From: an uncultured delta proteobacterium
GTDB lineage: Bacteria > Myxococcota > Kuafuiibacteriia > Kuafuiibacteriales > Kuafuiibacteriaceae
NCBI GenBank assembly: GCA_963803435.1
Contig: CAWDML010000006.1
Location: forward strand, 32,001-96,000
Length of the DNA: 64,000 bases
Direction of reading: 5' to 3'
The notes below the pieces were generated by a model. It saw only the letters and a list, made by a program, of their open reading frames with translations, was not told the DNA's origin and made no database searches. A program made the position numbers and the translations under genes. Position 1 is the first letter of the stretch. Every line of letters starts with the position of its first letter. This document shows positions 18,307 to 28,259 of the stretch, one piece after another.

Positions 18307-20313
18307 TCATACCAGAAGCAGCGCCCCTGCCCGATGTAGCTTTGCCAGTCCGCGGGTGAGCTCGATCCTCGACCAATCTGGGTCCGACCGGCGCATCCTC
18401 TCTAGCAGCGATGCGCAACCCGAACGGCCGTGGTCGTTGAGCGACTGCAGGATCGCGAGCTCCCGCTCCTTGATCGAGCAGGACCGCGGGCCCCAGCGCG
18501 TCTCGCCAGGCAACACATATCGCCGCTCGCCTCGAGGATTCGTGGTGAAGGACAGGGCGGCGGCGTTCACCCGCGCCTCGACCTGGAGATCCCAGATCCC
18601 ACTGGCGGTTCCCCTTCTCCGGGCGATGACGCCGTCCAGAAACACCAGATCCAGCTCCGAGAAGATCAAACCCCAGAGCGCGTCGTCCGGCGACTCGACG
18701 ATCGGCTCTCCCATCACGTTGAACGAGGTGTTGAGAAGGATAGGGAGCCCGGTGAGCTCCTCGAATCGCGACAGCAATCGGTGGAATCGGGGGTTGGTGT
18801 CACGGGCGACCGTCTGGATCCTTCCCGATCCATCGACGTGGACGACGGACGGGACCCGGTTGCGTGCGTGCTCCTGGAACATCAACACCCGCAGCATGAA
18901 CGGGCTGTCGAAGTCGTCGAGCTTCGATTCGAACCACTGATGTGCCCGCTCGGCGAGGACCGCGGGTGCGAACGGCCTGAATCCTTCCCGATGCTTTACC
19001 CGCTCGTTCAGGAGCCGCTTACCATCGGGCAGACGAGGGTCGCACAGGATGCTGCGTTGGCCCAGCGCGCGTGGACCCAGCTCGGATTGGCCGTTGAACC
19101 AACCCACGATCTTGCCCTTTGCGAGCTCGGCGGCCACCAGGTCGATCGCGTGCTCGAGCTCACCGCCGCCCGGATCCGCCTCCACGAAGGGGTTGGCGCG
19201 GAGCGCATCCTCGATCTCGTGGACCGGGTACGATCGGCCGCAGGCATCTCTATCGAGCCGGGGGTAGGCGCTGCGCCCCCATCCCAGGATCTCGTGGAGC
19301 CCGTAGTAGGCGGCCCCGATCGCTGTTCCACTGTCCTCGGCCGCAGGCATGATGTAGTGGTCCTCGAAGATCCGAAGCCCGATCAGGCGCTCGTTGGCGA
19401 CGCTGTTGAGCGCGACTCCTCCGGCGTACGCCAGACGCTGGATCCCGGTGAGGTCACGGGCGCGTCGCCAGAGTCGCTCCAGCACCGTCTCCAACGCGAC
19501 CTGGAGCGACGCCGCGACGTCCTGGTAGAACGCCTCGTGCAATGGCCACGCGCCTTCGTGCTGCCGCAGCTCGTCCAGCAGGTACGGGTGAAACACCAGC
19601 GCTCCTCCCGGATCGATGCCCGCCAGGCGGCCGGGGTCGATTCTGGGGACGCCGTACGGCGCGAGTCCCATCAACTTTCCCGCCGCGAAGAGATCGTTGA
19701 ACGCCTGCATCGCCGTGGTCGAGAACATCGCCCCCAAGCTCCCATAGCGGAGCGGACGCTCGCCCATGTCCGGAAAATCGATCCCGTAATGCATCTCCAC
19801 GCCCTCGAGTCGACCAGACTCGGCGCGATACAGGCTGACAATCTCCTTGGACTCGGGCTCGCTCACCGCGAACGGGAGCTTCGCTTGGAGGACCTCGGCG
19901 GGGGCGTTCTGAGGGCAGGCGCGGCTGCGCTCGAACGTGGACCCGGATCCGTCCACGATCAGGAGGGTTGTTGCCGAGAATCCGGAGGTGGCCCAGGCAG
20001 CATACGCATGCGAGAGATGGTGCGGGATGACCAGGTTGCGGACTCCGAGTTGCTCCAACTCCTCCGTGCACCGCTGGATAAGCGGGGTCTCGAAAGCAGG
20101 CGCTCCGACGAACAGATCGACGTCCGAAAGCGTGATCGAGGCGGCTTCCAGGCAGTAGCGCAGTGAGTTGCTGTTGCAGATTCCGGGGAGGCCGGACCGC
20201 TTCATGCGATTGAGGCGCTCCTCCTGGATCGCAGCGACGATACGATCGCCGTGAAGCAGGCAGACCGCTCCGTTGTGGGAGAGGCCGTATCCGACGATCC
20301 ATGGCTTCGGCAT
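18307..20313 (-). CDS. Second O-carbamoyltransferase with C-terminal extension
   Basis: SHNGAVCL, QEERLNR, HHLSHA, GKLMGLAPYG, AGGVALNS, RPFAP, LNTSFN. Confidence 0.95.
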   Translation of the reverse strand: MPKPWIVGYGLSHNGAVCLLHGDRIVAAIQEERLNRMKRSGLPGICNSNSLRYCLEAASITLSDVDLFVGAPAFETPLIQRCTEELEQLGVRNLVIPHHLSHAYAAWATSGFSATTLLIVDGSGSTFERSRACPQNAPAEVLQAKLPFAVSEPESKEIVSLYRAESGRLEGVEMHYGIDFPDMGERPLRYGSLGAMFSTTAMQAFNDLFAAGKLMGLAPYGVPRIDPGRLAGIDPGGALVFHPYLLDELRQHEGAWPLHEAFYQDVAASLQVALETVLERLWRRARDLTGIQRLAYAGGVALNSVANERLIGLRIFEDHYIMPAAEDSGTAIGAAYYGLHEILGWGRSAYPRLDRDACGRSYPVHEIEDALRANPFVEADPGGGELEHAIDLVAAELAKGKIVGWFNGQSELGPRALGQRSILCDPRLPDGKRLLNERVKHREGFRPFAPAVLAERAHQWFESKLDDFDSPFMLRVLMFQEHARNRVPSVVHVDGSGRIQTVARDTNPRFHRLLSRFEELTGLPILLNTSFNVMGEPIVESPDDALWGLIFSELDLVFLDGVIARRRGTASGIWDLQVEARVNAAALSFTTNPRGERRYVLPGETRWGPRSCSIKERELAILQSLNDHGRSGCASLLERMRRSDPDWSRIELTRGLAKLHRAGALLLV

Positions 20314-20334
20314 CGCGCTGACCTGGCTGGCGAG

Positions 20335-21374
20335 TCAGGCGGTCCGGCTCTGCCAGCGAGCGATGAGGTCGGCCTCGACGCCGGGATCCAGCCCGAGGCG
20401 CTTGAACCGCTTCTTGTCCTCGGGCCGTCGATCGTCCTTGAACCAGCGCCAGGTGTCGGCGACGGTCTCGACGAACGGACGGCTCAGGAGACCGGCCATG
20501 GCGGCACGCTCGACGCTGACATTCCACATCCCCGGCTCTGCTTCCCAGAGCGGCAGGTCCTTGGCGCTCTGCACCCCCTGGTGCAGCAGCCAGTCCTGAT
20601 CCGCCCATACGAACGTCGGGGCTGCTCCAACAGCCTCTGCACAAGCGTGGATCATCGCGCTGAAGCTGCGGCCTTCGGAACGCGCCCCAATGTTGAAGAC
20701 CCCGCTCGCTTCACGCTCGATCTGGTCGACCAGGAATTGCGCCACATCCTGGACGTCGATGGCCTGGATCCCGCGATCCGGCCCCGGCAACAGCACGGCC
20801 CCTGCACGGCGCATCCGATGCAGCCAGAACTGGATCGCGTCGGTGTCTTCGTATTGCCCGATCATTGCGTGGAGCCCGACCACGAGCAGTCGCTCGGCTC
20901 CGAGCGCGTCGCGGCAAGCGAGCTCGCGCAGCCGACCTTCAGCGTGCCGTACTGGCTGAGGTCCCACTCGGGCCCGGGATCGAATGTGGGGTCTCCCTCG
21001 ACGAGTGGGGAACTCTCGTCGACGGGCCCCCGCGGGAAGTCTCGGTAGACCGCTACAGAGGAGACGGAGACGTAGCGGGAGGTGAGGTCGGCCAGCGTTC
21101 TCGCGGTGTTTCCGACCACGGCGGGGATCTTTCCGGAGATGTCGACGATCGCATCCCATGGCCCGAACGAGGCCAGTCGGTGCAGATCCCCGGGATGGGC
21201 TCGATCTCCCTGAACCTGACGTACCGGCTCGGGAAGCGGACTCCGAGCCCGCCCTCGATTGAAGGCGGTGACCTCGAAGCCGCGCCGAATCGAGTCCGCG
21301 GCGATCAGGCGGCCGAGCAGCCATGAACCACCCAGCAACAGGAGGCGCACTCGATAAAGAATAGATGAGGGCAA
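20335..21374 (-). CDS. NAD-dependent epimerase/dehydratase (atypical SDR), frameshift near 20925
   Basis: LLLGGSWLLG, FNRG, YVSVSSVAVY, YGTLK, IDVQDVA, LPLW. Confidence 0.8.
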
Positions 21375-21759
21375 CTCGAGTGTCGAGGCGAAGGCTGGAC
21401 GGTCGCGCGCTCAGGTCGCTTCGCCGTGCCATGATGCTGTGGCGTCGGCGATGAAGCGTTGCATGGCGTCCTCGACGTCGGAGGGGTCGAGCCCGCTCTC
21501 CTCGAGGCGCTGCACCATCTGGAACCCGAAGTAGCGGTCGCCCGATATCTCGTGGTCCGGGTCCTTTCCAGCCAGGCGCGCGATGGTCGCTCCGATGGGG
21601 CGATGGGCGACGACCTCACGGTTTACCGCGAGCTGCGGATCCGGCTGGATCCAGTTCGGTTGGTTGGGCCACATGGCCCCTCCCCATTGCAGGAAGTGGT
21701 CGTGCACCAGGCTGAGGAGAGGGAGATCGAAGCGGGGCTCAAATTGGTACTGACCGAAG

Positions 21760-22435
21760 TCGACCAGGTCGGTGCGCTCGCCCACGAACGAGGGGAGGCG
21801 GGGCACGCCGGCGTCGGTCAGCTCCTGGTAGCGGAACGTGATCACCGCGCCGATGGCCGGTGGCTTCTCCCGCTCCCGATCCGAGAACCCGGTGCCGACC
21901 GAGAACGCCGTGCCGTCCTTCAGCTCCACTCGCAGCGCCCCCAACCGGCCCTTGTGCTTTCCGGTGCCCGGCAGGGGCGCGACCACCCGCGCCTCGGCGT
22001 CGTGGAAGCTCTTCACCTTGAGCAAGGTGGTGGGAGCGGCCGCTCACGTAGGACGAGCCGGGCTGACGGAGCATCAGCCCTTCGCCGCCGAGCTTTTCCA
22101 CCCGGTCCAGCTCCTCCTTGAGGTGGTCGAGGCCGCGGCAAGCCTGGTGCTCCACCGGCAGCGCGAAGTCGGGCGAGCGATCGTCCACCATCTCCTGGAT
22201 GAACTCCAGTCGGACCTCGAACGGCTGCTTCAGTCCGGGCGCATCGAAGATGAGGTATCGGAGCTGCTCCCAATGCTTGCTGCGATCCTGGCGCCGCACG
22301 ATGCTCACCGTCTTCTAGAACGCCCCGCGCGCCATCCACAGCTCGCCATCGAGGGGGTCGGTGGGGAGCCCTTCCACGAACCACTCGGGCGCCACGAAGG
22401 TGTTGCCCTGCCGGGAGATGAAGCGCGGCTCTTCG
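21760..22435 (-). pseudogene. ATP-dependent DNA ligase remnant (5' truncated, TAG stop, frameshift)
   Basis: SRQGN, LDGELW, IFDAP, GEGLMLR, LKVK, GRLGAL, VGTGFSD, TFRYQELT..PRLP; KxDG motif missing. Confidence 0.85.
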
Positions 22436-22564
22436 AGCTGGCGCGGCGGGCCCGGATCGAGCCCGAAGAGCTGGGGCAGAGCGTCGAGGGACGTCCGATC
22501 CTGGCGGTGAAGCTTCCGGCGAAGGAGTCGGCGCAAGCGACAGTCCTCCTGGCGGGCAACATTC

Positions 22565-22735
22565 ACCAGCCTGTAGCGCCGTGGCGCGCCCAATTGTCGT
22601 AGTCGCGATCCATGCCGCGCGACCACACCAGCGCGTTAATCGAGCTGCCGCCGCCCAGCACGCGCCCGAGGGCCATGTTGAACGGGCGGTTGTTGAGCTG
22701 CGGGACGGGGGCGATGGGGCCCCAGCTCTGGATCG
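22565..22735 (-). pseudogene. GMC oxidoreductase fragment
   Basis: PQLNNRPFNMALGRVLGGGSSINALVWSRG..DYDNWA..GATGW. Confidence 0.75.
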
Positions 22736-22759
22736 TGGACGAGGTCTCGATAGCAGTAA

Positions 22760-23038
22760 GACCGGCTTCTTGTCCTCGATCGTTTCTCGGAGTCGGGATT
22801 GATCCTGCGCAGTGTCGAGCCGCAGCGACGGGACCTGGACGGCCTCAATCGGCAGATCTTCGAGCCGCAGTTCGCGATGGCGCGCGATCCCTTCGAGCCG
22901 CGAGCGGACGATATGATTGGCGTCTTCGGCGAGATAGATGAGCACGTTCCCGCTGCGACGGACCTCGAAGCGATCGCGGCACGCCGAGTTGCTCGCCACC
23001 GAGACGGCGAGGTCGAGACCGAGCCAGCTCTTACAGCA
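22760..23038 (-). pseudogene. AAA_25/RepA-like ATPase, part downstream of the RIT insertion (truncated)
   Basis: KSWLGLDLAVSVAS..VLIYLAED..KKPVLLL. Confidence 0.8.
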
Positions 23039-23179
23039 TTATCCCGCGTCCCGATTTATGCCGCGCGCTACGATTCTTGATTGCCACGTGGATGGGGGAG
23101 TCCCTCTCGGTGGTGATCGACGCGGCATAACCAGGTCTCGTCTCCTGCCCGGCGATCGACGCCGGACGAAGGAGACGAC

Positions 23180-24418
23180 ATGCTGGAACAACTCTTCACG
23201 GCGCACTATGCAGCGCCCCGTTTGTGCTCGAGTCCTCTCGGGCCGTGGCTCGACTCATTCGTCGAAAGACTTTCTGGGCTTGGATACACGCCCGGCTCCT
23301 GCCGATCGTACGTGGTGCTTGCAGCGGATCTCGGTCGGTGGATGGCTGAGAGCGCCCTGCCGATCGCGAGTCTCGACGAGTCCGCGATCGAGGCTTACCT
23401 CGACGCCCGCGGAACGCAGCGCGAGCGTCGGCGGTGTGCATCTAACCACGCTCTTGCGCATCTGCGTGCGGAGGGCGTCGCCGCTCAGGGAGAGGTCCAC
23501 CACGATCGATCTGCCGCGACCGTTCTCGGTGAGCGCTACGCCATGTGCATGCGGAAGCAGCGCGGCGCCGCTGATGGGACGGTTGACGGTTACTTTGCAG
23601 TGGTCCGCGATTTCCTCGGCCACCGCTTCGGCAGTGGCGATCCGGACGTCGCTGCCCTCACGGCGTCGGATATCGCGGAGTACCTGGCCGGACGAGCTCT
23701 CACGCTTTCGCCGAAGAGGATGGCCTATCTCGCGTCGGCGCTGCGCTCGTTTTTCCGCTTCCTCTTCGCCCACGGTGAGACCGCAACGGATCTGTCAGCG
23801 GCGACGCCGATAGCTCAGTTGCGGCACCGCGCAACGGTCCCTCGCTACCTCTCGCCTCCGGAGGTCAGGAGGCTGCTCGACAGCTGCGATGTGGACACCT
23901 CGGCTGGGAGGAGGAATCGGGCGATCCTGCTTCTGCTGGTCCGCCTCGGCCTCCGTGCCGGAGAGGTAGCCGCGCTCGAGCTCGACGACATTCGCTGGAA
24001 GTCGGCGGAGCTCGTCGTTCATGGAAAAGGAAGCCGGGTTGATCGCCTTCCTCTTTTGTCCGACGTCGGAGAGGCAATCGCGCTCTACTTGAGAAACGAC
24101 CGTCCAGCCGACGTCGTCACTCGTCGGGTGTTTCTGCGGCTCTGTGCACCGGTGCGGGAGATCGGCGGGCGCGAAGCAATCAGCACCGTCGTGCGGACCA
24201 GTTTGGCAAAGGCAGGGCTAAACCCGCTCGTGCGGGGGGCACATCTGCTGCGGCACTCCCTCGGAACGCAGATGATCCGAGATGGTGCGTCGATGGCCGA
24301 GATCGCTGAGGTCCTTCGGCATCAGTGTCCGGACTCGACTGCCATCTACGCAAAGGTCGATTTCGACGCCTTGCGAGGTCTGGCTCAACCATGGCCGGCG
24401 ATGGGAGGCGGACGATGA
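23180..24418 (+). CDS. ritA: Tyrosine recombinase RitA
   Basis: GLRAGEV, HGKG, HLLRHS, LRH..TAIYAK. Confidence 0.92.
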   Translation: MLEQLFTAHYAAPRLCSSPLGPWLDSFVERLSGLGYTPGSCRSYVVLAADLGRWMAESALPIASLDESAIEAYLDARGTQRERRRCASNHALAHLRAEGVAAQGEVHHDRSAATVLGERYAMCMRKQRGAADGTVDGYFAVVRDFLGHRFGSGDPDVAALTASDIAEYLAGRALTLSPKRMAYLASALRSFFRFLFAHGETATDLSAATPIAQLRHRATVPRYLSPPEVRRLLDSCDVDTSAGRRNRAILLLLVRLGLRAGEVAALELDDIRWKSAELVVHGKGSRVDRLPLLSDVGEAIALYLRNDRPADVVTRRVFLRLCAPVREIGGREAISTVVRTSLAKAGLNPLVRGAHLLRHSLGTQMIRDGASMAEIAEVLRHQCPDSTAIYAKVDFDALRGLAQPWPAMGGGR

Positions 24419-25362
24419 ACGACCTCTGGAAGGCACTCGAGGAGTATCTCGCTGTCCGTCGTGCGCTGGGGTTCAAGCTTCGCCAGACGGAGCGTTTCCT
24501 TCGGAAGTTTGTACATTTCGCCGAGACGGAGGGTGCCTCCGTCATCACGACGAAGCTCGCTCTGCGATGGGCGCAGGAGGATCCAGCAGCCGCTTCTGTT
24601 ATTCACTCCGATCGACTGGCCATGGTCCGGCGGTTCGCCGCTTGGAGAAGCGCCGACGATCCTCGTACCGAGATTCCACCTCCGAGGCTCCTACCGCGGC
24701 GATACCGAAGGCCAGCCCCGTACATCTACACCGACGACGAGATCGACCGCATCATCATCGCCGCTGCGTCCCTCCCGTCGAACCACGGACTGCGCGGGCT
24801 GACATGCTCGACTCTATATGGGCTCCTCGCCGTCACGGGCATGCGCATAGGCGAGGCGGTCGCTCTCGACCGCGACGACGTGGATCTGCGGACCGGCATC
24901 GTCGCCGTGCGCGAAGGAAAGCTTGGGAAGACCCGCTTCATCCCGGTCCATGTCAGTACGGCGAAAGCTCTGGAAGACTACTCGACGAAGAGAGACGCGC
25001 TTCTGGGCACGCGGATGACGTCCGCCTTCTTCGTGTCGGATCGCGGTCGTCGCCTGTCGGCGTTCACTGCAGGGGAGAACTTCGTCAAGGTCTTGCAAAC
25101 GATCGGGCTCCGCGTGCCCACCCCGGACGGTGGTCGCGGCCGTGGACCACGCGTGCACGATCTCCGCCATCGATTCGCAGTCTCCACGCTCATTCACTGG
25201 TACCGCGCCGGAGCCGATGTCGATCTCGAGATCCCAAAGCTGGCCACCTTTCTCGGGCACATGGGCCCCAAGGAGGTCTACTGGTACCTGCAGGCGGTTC
25301 CCGAGCTGCTTGAGCTCGCGACCCAGCGATCCCGATCAACGGGATCGGGTGGTGCACCATGA
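24415..25362 (+). CDS. ritB: Tyrosine recombinase RitB
   Basis: YLAVRRALGFKL, TGMRIGE, HDLRHRFA, LGH..YWYL; ATGA overlap. Confidence 0.92.
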   Translation: MNDLWKALEEYLAVRRALGFKLRQTERFLRKFVHFAETEGASVITTKLALRWAQEDPAAASVIHSDRLAMVRRFAAWRSADDPRTEIPPPRLLPRRYRRPAPYIYTDDEIDRIIIAAASLPSNHGLRGLTCSTLYGLLAVTGMRIGEAVALDRDDVDLRTGIVAVREGKLGKTRFIPVHVSTAKALEDYSTKRDALLGTRMTSAFFVSDRGRRLSAFTAGENFVKVLQTIGLRVPTPDGGRGRGPRVHDLRHRFAVSTLIHWYRAGADVDLEIPKLATFLGHMGPKEVYWYLQAVPELLELATQRSRSTGSGGAP

Positions 25363-26354
25363 GCACCGCCGCGACTCTCGCCGCTCTCGTGCAAGGATTC
25401 TTCACGGAACGCCTGCTTCACCAGATGCGGGCCAGTCCGAACACCGTTGCTGCATACCGAGATGCGTTCCGCCTTTTGCTCCGGTACGCCTCGAACACCC
25501 TCGGAAAGGAACCCGCGGAGCTCGCCATCGATGATCTCGTTCCGGCTTTGGTGATCGACTTCCTGGACGACCTCGAATCGCAACGCGGGAACCAGGTGCG
25601 GACGCGGAATAATCGGCTCGCTGCGATCCGCTCCTTCTTTCGCTACGTCGCGATGAACGAGCCGGCGCACGCTCTGCAATGCCAGCGCATCCTTGCCATC
25701 CCACAGAAGCGCCAGCAGAAGAAGGCCATCGAGTTTCTCGAGCACGAAGAGATCGAATCCCTGGTGGCAGCTCCCGATCCTTCGACCTGGCTTGGGCGAC
25801 GCGACAGGATGATCCTCCTCGTTCTGGCTCAGACAGGTCTTCGCGTTTCAGAGCTCACCTCACTGCGACGTGGAAGCGTCGTTCTAGGAGCGAGTGCTCA
25901 CGTCCGCTGCGAGGGTAAGGGGCGCAAGCAACGTTCTATTCCCCTGCGCCGGGAGGTGGCTGGAGCGCTCGCGACGTGGATCGAGGAGGAGAGCCTCGCG
26001 GCGGAGGACTATCTCTTCCCGAGCAGCCGTGGCGGCCGGATCAGCATGGACGCAGTACAGCGCCTGGTGAAGAAGCACGCGCGCGCGGCCACAACTCCGT
26101 CGATTGCCGAGAAAGACGTCACTCCTCACGTGCTGAGGCACTCCACGGCGATGGCGTTACGCGAGCGGGGGGTGGACCTGAGCGTGATCGCATTGTGGCT
26201 GGGCCATGAGTCGATCGACACGACGCAAATGTATCTCCACGCCGACATCAAGCTGAAGGAACGAGCGCTCGCACGAACCAAGGCGATCCATGACGGCGCT
26301 GAGGGGCGCTTCCAGCCAGAAGACGAGCTGATGGCGTACCTCGACCGTCTATGA
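25359..26354 (+). CDS. ritC: Tyrosine recombinase RitC
   Basis: SPNTVAAYRD, TGLRVSE, GKGRKQR, PHVLRHS, WLGHE..TTQMY. Confidence 0.92.
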   Translation: MSTAATLAALVQGFFTERLLHQMRASPNTVAAYRDAFRLLLRYASNTLGKEPAELAIDDLVPALVIDFLDDLESQRGNQVRTRNNRLAAIRSFFRYVAMNEPAHALQCQRILAIPQKRQQKKAIEFLEHEEIESLVAAPDPSTWLGRRDRMILLVLAQTGLRVSELTSLRRGSVVLGASAHVRCEGKGRKQRSIPLRREVAGALATWIEEESLAAEDYLFPSSRGGRISMDAVQRLVKKHARAATTPSIAEKDVTPHVLRHSTAMALRERGVDLSVIALWLGHESIDTTQMYLHADIKLKERALARTKAIHDGAEGRFQPEDELMAYLDRL

Positions 26355-26447
26355 TTATGCCGCGTCGTACAGTCGGCTCGCTCTATTGAACGGCGTCCTC
26401 TCCAGCCGCCTGTCGTTCGACGCGGCATAAATCGGGACGCGGGATAA

Positions 26448-26479
26448 TGCTGCTTGTGCCGCGCGCGGCACAAGCAGCA
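26448..26479. repeat. Perfect 32-bp palindrome abutting the RIT right end
   Basis: TGCTGCTTGTGCCGCG|CGCGGCACAAGCAGCA. Confidence 0.95.
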
Positions 26480-26596
26480 CTTGGGAGCGCCGCCGATGAT
26501 GCCGACGCCGGTCCGCGCCCAGAGCTGATCGACGAGCCAGCCATTGGCGTGCTGATCTTCGAGACAGTGGGCGCGGACGGTGGGAAGCGGCGCCAT
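26475..26596 (-). pseudogene. AAA_25-like ATPase, 5' part (interrupted by RIT)
   Basis: MAPLPTVRA..WLVDQLW..GVGIIGGAPKC; joins KSW at ~23033 to restore Walker A GAPKCCKS. Confidence 0.85.
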
Positions 26597-26597
26597 G

Positions 26598-27421
26598 TCA
26601 GGCGACGTCCGGGAGCGCGAGGCTCAGATCGTCGACGGCGGCCTCCATGGTGCTGTCGACGATGAAGCTCTGTCCGCGCTCCTCAGCGAGGATGAGCGCC
26701 GTCCGCAAGATCCTCGACGCATTTCTGGGGATGCCGCGGCTGGCGCGAAAGAGCAGCTCGAGCGCCTGATCGCCGAGGACCTTCTCGGTGGCGCCGGCGA
26801 CCGAGAGCGCGTGGTGGATGAAGGGCTCGAAGAGATCATGACCGAGCGGATCGAGATGGATGGAGGCAGCGATGCGCGAGGCGAGCGCGGCGTGCTGTTG
26901 CATGGCGAGCGTGCGGCGGAGCGGCGGGAGTCCGACCAGCCAGAGGGTGAGGATATCGCGCGAGTCGAAGCAGAAACTGAGGAAGCCGGAGAGATCGAGG
27001 AGGAAGCGATCGGAGAGGTGCTGCGCCTCGTCGACGACGACCACCGGCGCGGTGCCGCGCTCGTCGACGAGATGGAGCAGCGACTTCTTGATGTCGGTCC
27101 AGAGCAGCGATCGACGATGTGATGGCGTCACGCCCAGCTCGACGGCGAGTGTTCGATAGAGATCGAGCGGCGAGACCGCGGTGTCGCAGATGTACACCAC
27201 GAGATAGTCGGGCTTAGGCAGCTGGCCGCAGAGATTCCTCATGGCGGCGGTCTTCCCAACGCCGGACTGGCATCGACGATGCCAAGACCGGGCTCTTCGG
27301 TGAGCCGGCGAAATGCGCGCTCGAGACGTTTGTAGGCGGGCGTCTCTTCGAAGAAGGTCTTGCCCTTGGCGTCCTTCGGGATCGGTGTGCTCTTGAGACC
27401 AAAGCGTTGTCGGTACTTCAT
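26598..27421 (-). pseudogene. ExeA/MuB-like transposon AAA ATPase, frameshifted
   Basis: SGVGKTAAMR, VVVDEAQHL, LVGLPPL, RGIPR. Confidence 0.85.
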
Positions 27422-27807
27422 GAATGGTCCTCCTCGTCGCGCGCGCGCTTGGGCCGCGGATCTGCGCCCACGGGGCGCGTGCGTCGATAGTGTTCGTCTT
27501 GGATGAGCGAGAGCGGATCGATGCCGCTCGGCTCGGTTTTGGGAACGGCGTCGCCTTGCGGGCGCAGCCGTCGTCGTGTGGTGTTTCGTTGTCGATCGAG
27601 CAGGACGGTGTCCGATACGAATCGCCGATCCTTGAAGACGCGGGGGAGCGCGTGCTCGTCGGTGGGATCGAAACGAAGCTCGACCTCTTCGCCGACCAGC
27701 TCGGGGCGGACCTCGAGCAGCTGGCCTTTGAAGCGAACCGTGCCGTCCTTTCGGACCTTGCGTTTCTCACGATGGAGACAGACTTCGTCGAGATCAGCGG
27801 CTTTCAC
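27418..27807 (-). pseudogene. C-terminal fragment of Mu-like DDE transposase
   Basis: RKVRKDGTVRFKGQLLEV..VELRFDP (Mu transposase C-terminal-like); coupled to the ExeA-like gene. Confidence 0.75.
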
Positions 27808-27829
27808 GCGGCGCTTCCACCGCGATACC

Positions 27830-28096
27830 CTAGGAGCTCCGGACGTACTCGGTCGGACCGTCGAGCGCCGGATGGTTGGCGGGCAGGCCGGCTGCGATCC
27901 AGGCCTGCTTCGTCAGGTGGGTCCGCGCGAGGTCGATGCGATCGACAGCGTCCCTGGCCCAGGTCGGCGCCGGCGCCGGCGCGGTCCGTACTGGATCGGG
28001 CGCCGCCGAGGCGAGCTCGGCCGGTCCGTCACATCCGAGCGCGATCAACAAGGCGAGAGGTAAGGTTCGGCGAGCGAACCGCGTCTGAGGCTTCAT
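27830..28096 (-). CDS. Short lipoprotein-like ORF, probably 3' truncated
   Basis: Signal peptide with LIALGC lipobox; ends at the junction with the transposase remnant. Confidence 0.5.
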   Translation of the reverse strand: MKPQTRFARRTLPLALLIALGCDGPAELASAAPDPVRTAPAPAPTWARDAVDRIDLARTHLTKQAWIAAGLPANHPALDGPTEYVRSS

Positions 28097-28152
28097 GTTT
28101 GTCTGATCTCCTTCGGCCGATCATTCGGCTCGTTGTTGTTTCAGGAGCCTCT

Positions 28153-28168
28153 TCCACGGAGCGTGCCG
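28153..28168 (-). promoter_or_regulatory. Possible sigma54 -24/-12 promoter (imperfect)
   Basis: CGGCACGCTCCGTGGA on minus strand (GG-N10-GG rather than GC), TGCA repeats ~45 bp upstream. Confidence 0.35.
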
Positions 28169-28259
28169 ATCCGAACGGACGGCATCGCGGTCTCGCCGAG
28201 GGACGAGCTCGGCAACCGATTGCAGCCCAGGTGCAGGCGACGGCGAGGGGACGCTCCCT

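Larger units (their letters stand above)
23034..26452 (+). mobile_element. RIT element (recombinase in trio) with 32-bp perfect terminal inverted repeats
   Basis: CAGCATTATCCCGCGTCCCGATTTATGCCGCG (23034-23065) and its reverse complement (26421-26452); internal TTATGCCGCG-type sites at 23121 and 26355; three overlapping tyrosine recombinase genes. Confidence 0.93.

Noticed and set aside
21411-22025. Novel ligase fusion protein
   Set aside because: The ligase lacks its active-site N-terminus and has a stop and a frameshift; the tail looks like a deletion join
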